64,000 nucleotides of DNA from positions 310,000,001-310,064,000 of the forward strand of contig OZ024741.1 in NCBI GenBank assembly GCA_964016885.1, read 5' to 3'. Shown here piece after piece: positions 34,980-50,533 of the stretch. Both the position numbers and the translations under genes were made by a program. This stretch comes from Eledone cirrhosa (Eukaryota). Below the pieces are notes generated by a model that saw only the letters and a program-made list of their open reading frames with translations, ran no database searches and was not told the origin of the DNA. Positions within the stretch are counted from its first letter, which is position 1; every line of letters starts with the position of its first letter.

Positions 34980-35250
34980 TATATATATATATATATATAT
35001 AGGTATATATATATATATATATAGGTATATATATATATATATATATAGGTATATATATATATATATATATAGGTATAGGTATATATATATATATATAGGT
35101 ATATATATATATATATATATATAGGTATAGGTATATATATATATATATATATATAGGTATATATATATATATATATATATATAGGTATATATATATATAT
35201 ATAGGTATATATATATATATATATAGGTATATATATATATATATATATAT

Positions 35251-35285
<35 letters not shown>

Positions 35286-35814
35286 TATATATATATATAT
35301 AGGTATATATATATATATATATATAGGTATATATATATATATATAGGTATATATATATATATATATATATAGGTATATATATATATATATATAGGTATAT
35401 ATATATATATATATAGGTATATATATATATATATAGGTATATATATATATATATATATATAGGTATATATATATATATATAGGTATATATATAGGTATAT
35501 ATATATATATATATAGGTATATATATAGGTATATATATATAGGTATATATATAGGTATATATATATATATATATAGGTATATATATATATATATATAGGT
35601 ATATATATATATATATATAGGTATATATATATATATATATAGGTATATATATATATATATAGGTATATATATATATATATATAGGTATATATATATATAT
35701 ATATAGGTATATATATATATATATATAGGTATATATATATATATATATAGGTATATATATATATAGGTATATATATATATAGGTATATATATATAGGTAT
35801 ATATATATATATAT
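34741..35814. repeat. (TA)n array with AGGT interruptions
   Basis: Direct reading. Confidence 0.97.
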
Positions 35815-36073
35815 GTTTCTTTTATTTGCCACTAGGGCATCAAAAGTGGGACAAGTACAAAGGGGGGAGTTTACACAAAAAGGCGTCCTCAATAAGGAGG
35901 AGGCAATAACAAAATATAAAAATAAAATAAGATATAACAAAAAATAAAATTTTTAACAAAATCCTCAATAGAGAGGAGGCGCCTTGGGGGGTCGCACACA
36001 CCCCCGAAAAAAGCAACCCTTCTCCTCAGGAGCACAGAGAAGGGGTGCTCCCTTGGTCTTTCATCTTCCTCAC

Positions 36074-39000
36074 CTATAGTCTGATGTAGAGTGAAGGCCC
36101 ATTCACACGGGCCATTCTCGCCACTTTCACCCATCTTTCATAGAAACGGCTGGGGTGCAGCACCTCTCTCTCCATCCTGATCCTTCTTCCGAAATGATAT
36201 CGGAAGAAACGGACCAGTTGTTGGCCAGAGAGAAAGGTGCCTGACCTCAGTCCTTTCAGACGCGTCCACCATACAACCTCTTTCGCCATGGCTATTACGC
36301 ACAGAAACACCGCCTCTGCTTCATCTTTGAAGGGGGGAGGCGGCTTGATCATTACAATAGACTCGGTGGTCAACCGGATCGGTCCCACCCTTGACAGCAG
36401 TTGTTCGACATAGCCCCACAGATCGGCTACGCCCGAGCAGTGTACCAATGCGTGTGCAACGGTTTCCTCGTCGCACACGCATCTGGGACAGATCTTTTTG
36501 GCGGGGTCCCTACCCGGGCGCCCGTGTCTGTAGAGCCTTTCTCGAACGGGTAAAGCCCCTCGGTAGCACTGCCAGGCCAGGGACTTCTGGAAGTTGTCCA
36601 TAGGTCCCGGGCTGAATGTCCTACCGAACAGGCTGGCCAGTTCGTCCTCCTCCATGTCTAGGGCTTCTCCGAGGGCGTCGTCGCACCTGCTGCGTACCAA
36701 CCCTCTATAGAATGTTGCGGTGGAGTCTCCACTGATAACCGGATCCGCCTGCCAGAGGGCGGTGAGCGCCTGGGCACACTCAGTGTGCCAGGCGCCCAGT
36801 TTTCTCGGTCTTTGCTTGACCCAGGATTGCAGCTCGGTGAGTGAGACGAGTCTGGGAAAGGTTCGTCTCACAAACGAGGCCCACACCGGTTGTCCGGTGA
36901 GGAATACGTAGAGGTGCCGTAGCCTTAATGCGTGTTTACGCATCATTAGCCACGGCATCCCCAGCCCTCCTTTCGAAGGGTGTTGACAGCAGATGGATCT
37001 CCTCACCATAGGAGCCCGCCTCTTCCAAAGGAATTGGAAGAGTGCGCGCTCCATCTTGGTGAGGGTTTCCCTTGGGCAGGGCACTACGGTCAGGCGGTAG
37101 TAGATGACGGACGCTATGTAGGTGTTCGCCACCTCCGCCCGACCTTTCAGGGATAGTTTGCAACTGGCCCACTTCTGGGTCAGTGCAAACACCCTGTTCG
37201 TAACCTCCGCCCAGTTTTTCTCCACCTGGAGGTCCGGTCCGAACCAGACCCCGAGCAACTTCACCGGGCCCTCCGTCCAGCGTCCGACGACGCCATCGGA
37301 GGGCATCGGTCTGCCCCTCCACGTGCCGAGTTGCAAACCGATCGACTTGTCCCGGTTCAGCTTAGCCCCTGTGAACTTTTCGTACTCCTCCAGTAAGGTG
37401 CCGACCGCCTCGATTTCGGAGGCCGTCGACACCATTACTGTCACGTCATCGGCGTAGGCCGACACCGCTTTCCGCAATCCCGGTTCCAAAGGGATGCCCT
37501 GCAACAACTCCAACTTCCGCAGTAGTGGCTCGAGAGTCAACACATACAGAAGGGAGGAGAGAGGGCACCCTTGTCGGATGGACCGCGCGATTTTGAACGG
37601 CTCCGAGAGGTAGCCGTTCACCTTGACCCTAGAGCAGATGCGGCTGCTGTGCATAGCAGTGATCCAGCCCCTGAAAACGGGTCCGAAGCCTGCCGCCGCT
37701 AGCACCGCATCCAGGTAAACATGGTCGACCCTATCGAACGCCTTAGATTGATCCAAGTTGATCAGAGCCCCACCAAAGCCGGGTTCGTTCCCAACCCTCT
37801 CTAACCCTCTCTATGATGTATCGCATGAGGTGGAGGTTGTCATGGATGGACCTGGACGGGATAGCGCATGTCTGCGCATCTCCCACCAGGTTGCCCACGA
37901 CAAGCGCCAACCTCTTTGCTAGCACCTTGGCCAAAATCTGTAACTCTGTATTTAGCAGTGTTATGGGCCTGAAGTTACTTATTTCGTCCCCCTTGTTCTC
38001 GTCCTTCCTCACTAGCGTGACTACGCCCTTGGTCACAGTACAAGGAATTCTCCCGTTCTGTTGCCAGTTGCAGTAGACCGCCTCGAGGAGATCGGGGAAC
38101 AAGTCCGGCATAGCTAGATATAATTCGTAAGGAAGACCATCGAGACCCGGGGATTTGCGTTTGCCGCATTGGCTCAGCACGTCCTCTATCTCAGCGGCCG
38201 AAATCGGCTCCTCGCAGGACTTCGCCTCCCTGTCCGAGAGGCGCGGCAGGCCGTCGAGGTATGGACCGAAGTCCACGTTCCCAACCGGCTCCCCGCCCCT
38301 CCCGAACAGTCGGGCAAAGTGCCTTTGAAAGGCCTCACACATCTGCTTAGGCTCAAGAATCGCCCGTCCATCCAGGTCTCGCAAAGACCGGATGGTGGAT
38401 TTAGTTCCACTGTTGGCCTCTGTCACGCGGGCCCAGCTAACAGCTTTGGTCCCCTCGTTCCCTAGAGCACGTATTTTACTTCGGACAACGCAGCCTTCGT
38501 GCTTCGCGTCGAAAAACTGGCTCAAAGCCGTTCTCGACGCTAGCACTCTGGCCACGTCGCCGCTTCTAATTGCCTCTTCTACTCTATCTATTAGCTCCCT
38601 TTCCTTCCTATTCCTATCCGCAGCTAGAACCTTACTAAATTCTATCGAGACTACTCTAATCTCTCTCTTTAGAGATACCCACCACCTGCTGTTGACGATC
38701 GCTCCAGTCAACCGTTCCTTAACTAACGTACTAATCCGATTCCTGTAGGCTCTACTTGCCGGCAAGGACAAGTTGAGCTTCCAGTAACCGGGGCCCTGTC
38801 TATGAGTTCTGTCAAGGTTGACCATGCAGGTCACTAATTTGTGGTCTGAATAGCCAACCATGCGCATTTTTGGACAACTTAAAAAGTCCTTATCCTTAAT
38901 TCTAACTAAGAACCTATCTAGGTACGACCTAGATGATCCGCTACGATTTGCCCAAGTCCAGGTTGGCGCAGTCGGAAAATCTAGTCGATATCTATCGGCC

Positions 39001-39521
39001 AGGTCAAATCGACCGATTAACCCTTTGAGGCTATTACACCCCTCTCTATCGGGGCAAGCCCCTACGTAGTCCCAGTGTGCATCTAGGATACCATTCCAGT
39101 CCCCCACTAATAGCAAGGAGCGAGACGTCCCTAGAAAAGTCTCCAGACGATGGAAGAAGTCCGGCCGCATTGACCCGAAAGGGCCGTAGGCGGCTACTAA
39201 CCTAAACGCTCCGCCTTTACCACTGCCAAGGTCCAGAACCACTAGTCGACCCTCCGGGTCCAAATGTACCATCTGTGTTGCGAGACCCAGATGTTTTTGC
39301 AGCAGAACGACAACTCCACCCCCACCTCCGGGCTGACAGAGAGATGCGTGCATCTCAAAGTCATCAAAGGTGGGGGCCAGCTGTCGCACGTTGCTGATCC
39401 GGGCCTCGCAAATAACCATCACATCTATACGTTGTGACCTGAGGTCATTTAGAAGCATTGCTTGCTTCCAAGTTGAGCCCAGGCCACGCGCATTTAAACA
39501 GCCTACTCTTAGCATAGCCAT
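36074..39521 (-). pseudogene. Tx1 ORF2 (APE-RT-zinc finger), split by one frameshift
   Basis: Motifs LNARGL, GDWN, SYLDRF, SDH, PGYWKLN, KSPGLDGLP, NFRPITLLN, DQSKAFDRV, IRQGCPLS, AYADD and CPRC..EETVAHALVHC. The frameshift is a 10-bp tandem duplication (AACCCTCTCT)2 at 37793-37812. Confidence 0.9.
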
Positions 39522-39545
39522 GTTGGTGGTGAAGAGAAAAGGCAC

Positions 39546-40913
39546 TTACCTCTCTGCGTCCCGGGTATCGGGCTGCACAATTTCCATTAGGGTGGGCGAT
39601 GGGTTGTTGGGTGGGGTGGTGGTTTGTGGAAGTGTGGGGGCATCGGTGTGTTGTGTGGTTGGGGAGCTTGGAGTTGTGAGGGTGTTTGGGGAGGGGGTGG
39701 GATAGTTTTTTAGGAGGACGCGGTTAATGGGCCCGACGCAGGGGGGACCCACGTCCTCTTTAAAATTGTTTTTTAAAGTTTTATAGGTGTCCTGTGGGGC
39801 CTTAATCATTTTGAGGTGGGGGAAATCCCCTGCCTGGGTGAAGTTAGGCCCTTGTGTTTTTATTAGATTGTTGTTGTACACAATGTTTAACAGTTTTTTG
39901 TTTCTTGTATTTATGTATGTGTATGCATGTTTTTGTTTTTGTGTGGTGTTTTTTGTTTGCTGTTGTGAGCTCTTTTGTGTTGGTGTCAGTGTTATGTTTT
40001 GGGGAGGGGTTTTTTTCATTTGTGTGTCTGAGGTGTGTTTTCTTTTTTTTCTTTTGATTGTGTGGAAGTGCTCCTCCTCGTCTGACGACGAACTAGGGTC
40101 ATCTTCCGCGTTGGAGGGGAGGGGTATATTTTCGGGTTGTGTTTGCGGTACGGGTGTTTTGGAAATTGTTTTTGTTTTTTGAGTGGAGGGGATGGGTTGG
40201 ACATTGTTTTGTTTTGGTTTGAGCTGTGGTGGTTGTTTTTGTAGTGGTAGTTGTGGTGATTGTGTTGGTTGTGCAGTTGTTGGTGGTGTAGGCAGGATTG
40301 GGGTTTTCTTATTAAGTTGGGGACAGACAGCCCTCAGGTGACCTCTGGTTCCGCAGAGGTAACACGAGGGCCGTCTACCCTCAACGGTAATGTTGATGAA
40401 GGTTAGATCATCCAGTATGACGCGTTCAGGGATCTGGGCGATCCTTTCGGGCCTCATTTGAACTACAAGTTCGAGGCTCGTTCCACTGAACGCGTCACCC
40501 GATGCCTTTCCCATGGACACCAGCATGTCATCCTCCAGGTCCAGAAAACCTGTCAAAACCCACCATATGTCCATAATCGGCAGGATGGTGTGGATTTTTA
40601 TTTTTTGTGTTCTTCTACCCATGTACGTAGGGTAGAAGGTGTATGCGGTGGATGTGATTGGTTTGATGGACAGTTTCACTGCTGTGTCCCTGTCCTTCAT
40701 GAGAATGGATAGACTCCCGTAGAGTCTATCCTTCTGAATGAAGGTGATGTCCTTCATGACGTCTTTTAAAACCAGCTCTATCTCGCTCTGTGATGGTTGA
40801 GCTGGTTTTTTACTTTTGTTCGAGATTGTCCTAAACATGACCGTGTTTAGGAGTCTCTGGCTTTTTAGTTCCGGGGGTGAATGGATTGTGAATGAACCAT
40901 TTTCCCCGTACAC
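39546..40913 (-). CDS. Tx1 ORF1 (gag-like, zinc knuckle CYLCGTRGHLRAVC, P/T/Q-rich tail)
   Basis: 455-aa ORF with a CX2CX4HX4C motif directly upstream of ORF2; true start uncertain. Confidence 0.8.
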   Translation of the reverse strand: MYGENGSFTIHSPPELKSQRLLNTVMFRTISNKSKKPAQPSQSEIELVLKDVMKDITFIQKDRLYGSLSILMKDRDTAVKLSIKPITSTAYTFYPTYMGRRTQKIKIHTILPIMDIWWVLTGFLDLEDDMLVSMGKASGDAFSGTSLELVVQMRPERIAQIPERVILDDLTFINITVEGRRPSCYLCGTRGHLRAVCPQLNKKTPILPTPPTTAQPTQSPQLPLQKQPPQLKPKQNNVQPIPSTQKTKTISKTPVPQTQPENIPLPSNAEDDPSSSSDEEEHFHTIKRKKRKHTSDTQMKKTPPQNITLTPTQKSSQQQTKNTTQKQKHAYTYINTRNKKLLNIVYNNNLIKTQGPNFTQAGDFPHLKMIKAPQDTYKTLKNNFKEDVGPPCVGPINRVLLKNYPTPSPNTLTTPSSPTTQHTDAPTLPQTTTPPNNPSPTLMEIVQPDTRDAER

Positions 40914-41158
40914 TATATATTTTTTCGCATCCGCCAGTAGCTCCTTCGCTTTTGTTATATCTACTGGCAGATAGTCGAGGGTTTTCCTTGTCGTCTCGGC
41001 GAAGGAGAAATTTTGTTTGTTTGTATTGTTGTTGTCGTTGGTGGTGTTGTTGTTATCATTGTTGTTGTTGTCACCGTTATTGGTCTTGTTATTGTTATTG
41101 TTATTGGTGTTGTTTTCGTCCGTCGCATTGTTGTTGTTGTTGCTGCTGGTTCTTTGGG

Positions 41159-42681
41159 ATGTAGCAGCTGTGTAAGGCAGCTTCTTCCTGGGCGGAAGCC
41201 ATGTTGCGTGCTAGTCAGGCGGTCATTTTCTTCGAGGAAAGTGATTAGTTTCTTTCTGACGACTCACTCCATGACCTTACTGATATGCGACGTCAGGGAG
41301 ACTGGCCTATAGTTCTTGGCCTCCGCTCTACTACCTCCTTTATGGATAGGGCATATTGTGCCTTCTTTCAGCTCCCTGGGTAGTACACCGCTAGCCAAGG
41401 AGCTTCTGAAGAGTATCTTCAGTGGAGTTGCTAAGGCCCGCTTACAGATTTTTAGGAGAACTGCTGGGAATCCATCAGGTCCAGTAGCCGAGTCTATTCT
41501 AATTTCATCAATGGCGTACACTACATCCTCCTCCGTTATGTCTATGTGGTTGATGGTTGCCATTTCTTGATGTAGTGTTGTGGCATCAAAGAACTCCTCT
41601 GGCTTCGTTATTTGCATGTGCCTCAGTGGACATGTGAAGACACTTTTGTACTGTTCGTTCAGTATTTCACATATCTCTTGGGGATTTTCGGTTAATGAAC
41701 CGTCCGTGTGGAAGAGTGGTCCAATCTTGCAGTGTACTGAGGCAGTTTCTTTTGCAAATTTAAAGAAGGCCTTAGGGTTTGTTTTAATGTTTTCTATGGC
41801 CCTGTTCTCTTTCTTTGCCCTCTCATTCTCATGTGAAAGTTTGAGTGCAATCTCGGTGTCAAGTAGTGCACGTTTCAAATGGGATTCCTTCTTGTTTTTG
41901 TTTTGTTGACTATTCAACTGGTTTGAGAGTTTAGTTCTATGTCTCATAAGGATTTTCCTATCTCTGGGAATAAGATTTTTGTGTCTGTTTGCCTCTTTCT
42001 CCGGGACACACTTTTTGCATATGGTGTGTATCGTTGTCATGAAGTGTTGAAATTGTGTGTTAGTGTCTTGTGTGGCAGTGTTTTCACTCCATGTTTGCTT
42101 CCGGATTTCACTCTTAATCTTTTTCCAGTTAGCCTTGTAGAAGTTAAGGTTGGATAGCGTCCCGGAGCTTCTTGGTGGTTTTGTCTCTGTTGGTTCTCTT
42201 GGACCACATATCATTAGTTCTACTAAGTTATGATCCGAGAGAATTGTTGGTGTCACCTTTACATTGTGGATGAGCACTTCGTTGTTTGTAAAACAGAGGT
42301 CCAGGACATTTTCGCCTCTTGTTGGGAGGAGTATTGCTTGCTCCATGAACAGCCTGTGTGTGAGGGCCAGCAGGGATTCCGCCTGTCTCTGTTCTATTGA
42401 CGTCATTCCAGGGAGGAGGTGGCCCTCAGGCCATTTGACCTTTGGTAGGTTGAAGTCTCCCAGCAGTAGGATGTTGAGACCCTGGTCCAGTTTGTCAAGG
42501 ACCTCTTCTATCCTACTTAGGCTATGCTCAAATTTACCCTCATGACTGGGGGCATCGGGCGGCCGATATGTGACACATATTACCGTCTGTAGTTGCTTCA
42601 TATGTATTATCAGTGTGTCACAGACTGAGTTTGAATGTGTCAACAGTACAATTGGTGTGACATCTTCACGGATATACAGAG
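41159..42681 (-). mobile_element. CR1/L2-group LINE internal fragment (APE C-half to RT N-terminus)
   Basis: YRPP, GDFN, PTR..NVLDL, SDH, GPDG and NYRPVSLTS; after a premature stop at 41264 the frame continues QHGFRPGRSCLTQLL to ~41160. Confidence 0.9.
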
Positions 42682-42697
42682 GTATATATATATATAT

Positions 42698-42792
<95 letters not shown>

Positions 42793-42839
42793 TATATATA
42801 TATATATATAGGTATATATATATATATAGGTATATATAT

Positions 42840-42872
<33 letters not shown>

Positions 42873-42889
42873 TATATATAGGTATATAT

Positions 42890-42926
<37 letters not shown>

Positions 42927-42933
42927 TATATAT

Positions 42934-42970
<37 letters not shown>

Positions 42971-42977
42971 TATATAT

Positions 42978-43016
<39 letters not shown>

Positions 43017-43609
43017 TATATATAGGTATATAGATATATAGATATATATATATATATAGAGATATATATAGGTATATATATATATATATATAGATATATA
43101 TAGGTATATATATATATATATATATATAGATATATATAGGTATATATATATATATATATATATAGATATATATAGGTATATATATATATATATATAGATA
43201 TATATAGGTATATATATATATATATATATATATAGATATATATAGGTATATATATATATATATATATATATAGATATATATAGGTATATATATATATATA
43301 TATATATAGATATATATAGGTATATATATATATATATATATATATAGATATATATAGGTATATATATATATATATATAGATATATATAGGTATATATATA
43401 TATATATATATATAGATATATATAGGTATATATATATATATATATATATATAGATATATATAGGTATATATATATATATATAGGTATATATATATATATA
43501 GGTATATATATATATATATAGGTATATATATATATATAGGTATATATATATATATATATATAGGTATATATATATATAGGTATATATATATATAGGTATA
43601 TATATATAT

Positions 43610-43662
<53 letters not shown>

Positions 43663-43682
43663 TAGGTATATATATATATAGG

Positions 43683-43718
<36 letters not shown>

Positions 43719-44451
43719 TAGGTATATATATATATATATAGGTTTATATATATATATATATATAGGTTTATATATATATATATATATAGGTATATATATA
43801 TATATATATAGGTATATATATATATATATAGGTATATATATATATATATAGGTTTATATATATATATATATATAGGTTTATATATATATATATATATATA
43901 TAGGTTTATATATATATATATATAGGTGTATATATATATATATATATAGGTATATATATATATATAGGTATATATATATATATAGGTATATATATATATA
44001 TATATATATAGGTATATATATATATATATATAGGTATATATATATATATATATATAGGTATATATATATATATATATAGGTATATATATATATATATATA
44101 GGTATATATATATATATATATATAGGTATATATATATATATATATAGGTTTATATATATATATATATAGGTTTATATATATATATATATAGGTTTATATA
44201 TATATATATATATATATAGGTTTATATATATATATATATAGGTTTATATATATATATATAGGTTTATATATAGGTTTATATATATATATATATAGGTTTA
44301 TATATATATATATAGGTTTATATATAGGTTTATATATATATATATATATATATAGGTTTATATATATATATATATAGGTTTATATATAGGTTTATATATA
44401 TATATATATAGGTTTATATATAGGTATATATATATATATATATATATATAG
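42682..44451. repeat. (TA)n array with AGGT, AGAT and AGGTTT variant blocks
   Basis: Direct reading. Confidence 0.97.
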
Positions 44452-46671
<2,220 letters not shown>

Positions 46672-46744
46672 GTTATTCCGGGTTGAATCGGAGGTAACCA
46701 CAGTAAGTAAGGTACTCAATACATAGCAGAGTATAACAGTTTTA

Positions 46745-46851
46745 ATATAGAAGAGATTCTACAGGACTAGAACTGTTTCATTCATTAGAAATCATTCCTG
46801 ATGATTTCTAATGAATGAAACAGTTCTAGTCCTGTAGAATCTCTTCTATAT
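46745..46851. repeat. Perfect 51-bp inverted repeat with 5-nt loop containing a hammerhead-like core
   Basis: Arms 46745-46795 and 46801-46851; CTGATGA 46798-46804, GAAA 46817-46820, GTC 46829-46831. Confidence 0.9.
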
Positions 46852-47935
46852 ATATCATCACATCATCATCATCATCAACGTTTAACGTCCGTGTTCCACG
46901 CTTGCATGGGTTTGGACGGGGGTAGTCCCACTTGAGGCAAGAGTGATTGTCTTGCTCGCATAGGACTGTCTGGCAGGTTTTCTACAGTTGGATGCCCTTC
47001 CTAACACCAACCACATTTACAGTGTGGGTCTGGGAGGTTTTTACCGTGTTGCCTACACGGCCACATTACAGCGTGGACTGTGTGTTTTTTTGTCGTGACA
47101 CCTACACGATCTCATTTGTTTCGGCCTGGATGGCGCGGCACCAACATAACTTTACATAGAACGGGGTGGTGTGGATCGGGTGGGGGTGGTGGTGGTGGGA
47201 CGGGGTGTATTTTGTTAGAGATGCCTACTGGCTGGAGTAGGTTTTACTATATATTTAGGTAAGGCGGGTCTTCTCTGTTACTGAGTACCGCCAAAGGTCT
47301 CGGTCCAGTGACATTGTCTTGGAGAGGTGTAAGTGTGTGATGTCGGAGTTTATCAGCTCGTCCCAGGTTTTTCTAGGTCTGCCTATTCCGTGACTACCGT
47401 CTATCTTTATTGCCCTGCACTTTGTTATACAGCTATCGACTTTCATGCGCATCACGTGTCCATACCAACGTAGCCTTCTCTCGAGTAAACAACATCTGAT
47501 CCCTCTTATCTCTAATTTTTTCCTTAGTTCGTTTATGCTTTGCCGTTCACGTATATTACTGTTACACATCCAGCGGAGCATGCAAGCTTCGTTCCTCTCT
47601 AGTCTGCGTATATCCTCTGCACACAATGCCCAGGTCTCACTGCCATGCAGCATTGCTGTTCGTATGCAGGCATCGTACAACCTGCCTTTCATTTTTAGTG
47701 AGAACCCTTTAGCAGCTAATAGTGGTATAAGCTCTCTGAACTTTTTCCAACCAGTTCTGACTCTAGCTACAGTACTTTCAGAGCACCCTCCCCCACTGCT
47801 GATTTTATCGCCCAGGTAACGGAAGCTGTCCACTATTTCTATAGAACCCTCTGCGCAATTGAAAGAGCTAGTAGTTTGGGCACTTGCTGCTACTTATTGC
47901 ACCAGAGCACCGGCCACATGTAAAATCTATGTTCT

Positions 47936-47937
<2 letters not shown>
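46852..47937 (-). mobile_element. RTE family B, 5'-truncated copy
   Basis: ORF 47255-47833 is nearly identical to 63143-63772; 3' UTR and (GAT)n tail present. Confidence 0.95.
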
Positions 47938-47970
<33 letters not shown>

Positions 47971-48035
47971 GCATATATATATATATATGTATATATATGT
48001 ATATATATATATATGTATATATATATGTATGTATG

Positions 48036-48072
<37 letters not shown>

Positions 48073-48161
48073 GTATGTATATATATATATGTATATATAT
48101 GTATATATATGTATATGTATGTATATATATATGTATATATATATATATATGTATATATATG

Positions 48162-48219
<58 letters not shown>

Positions 48220-48275
48220 TGTATATGTATATATATATGTATATGTATATATATATATGTATATGTATATATGTA

Positions 48276-48306
<31 letters not shown>

Positions 48307-48325
48307 ATGTATATGTATATATATG

Positions 48326-48370
<45 letters not shown>

Positions 48371-48390
48371 GTATGTATATATATATATGT

Positions 48391-49436
48391 ATCATCATCA
48401 TCATCATCAGGTTTAGCGTCCGTGTTCCACGCTTGCATGGGTTTGGACGGGGGTTTTCCCACTTGAGGCAAGAGTGGTTGTCTTGCTCGCATAGGACTGT
48501 CTGGCGGGTTTTCTACAGTTGGATGCCCTTCCTAACACCAACCACATTTACAGTGTGGGGCTGGGAGGTTTTTACCGTGTTGCCTACACGGCCACATTAC
48601 AGCGTGGACTGTCTGGCGGGTTTTCTACAGCTGGATGCCCTTCCTAACACCAACCACATTTACAGTGTGGGGCTGGGAGGTTTTTACCGTGTTGCCTACA
48701 CGGCCACATTTACAGCGTGGACTGTGTGTTTTTTGTCGTGACACCTACACGATCTCATTTGTTTCGGCCTGGATGTTGTGGGACCAACATAACTTTACAT
48801 TGAAAGGGGCGGTGTGGGTGGGGTGGAGGTGGTGGGACGGGGGTGTGTTTTGATAGAGGTGCCTACTGACTGTAGTAGGTTTTTACTTTGTATTTAGGTA
48901 AGGCGGGTCTTCTCTATTACTGAGTACCGCCAAAGGTCTCGGTCCAGTGACATTGTCTTGGAGAGGTGTAAGCGTGTGAGGTCGGAATTTATCAGCTCGT
49001 CCCATGTTTTTCTGGGTCTGCCTACTCCGTGGCTACCGTCTATCTTTATTGCCCTGCACTTTGTTATACAGCTGTCGTCTTTCATGCGCATCACGTGACC
49101 GTACCAACGTAGCCTTCTCTCGAGTAAACAACATCTGATCCCTCTTATTTCTAATTTTTTCCTTAGTTCGTTTATGCTTTGCCGTTCACGTATATTACTA
49201 TTGCACATCCAGCGGAGCATGCAAGCTTCGTTCCTCTCTAGTCTGCGTATATCCTCTGCACACAATGCCCAGGCATCGTATAACCTGCCTTTCATTTTTA
49301 GGGAGAACCCTCTAGCGGCTAATAGTGGTATAAGCTCTCTGAACTTTTTCCATCCAGTTCTGACTCTAGCTACTGTACTTTCAGAGCACCCTCCCCCACT
49401 GCTGATTTTGTCACCCAGATAACGGAAGCTGTCCAC

Positions 49437-49438
<2 letters not shown>
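48391..49438 (-). mobile_element. RTE family B, 5'-truncated copy with an in-frame 36-nt deletion and a 3' UTR tandem duplication
   Basis: LYDA|WALC lacks CIRTAMLHGSET; GGACTGTCTGGCGGG...CAGCGT is repeated at ~48493 and ~48606. Confidence 0.95.

Positions 49439-50533
<1,095 letters not shown>

Larger units (their letters stand above)
35815..41158 (-). mobile_element. Tx1-clade (L1 group) non-LTR retrotransposon, near full length
   Basis: ORF1 has a CCHC knuckle; ORF2 has APE, RT and a C-terminal CxxC...HxxxxC; the 3' end AATAAAAGAAAC runs into (AT)n. Confidence 0.9.
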
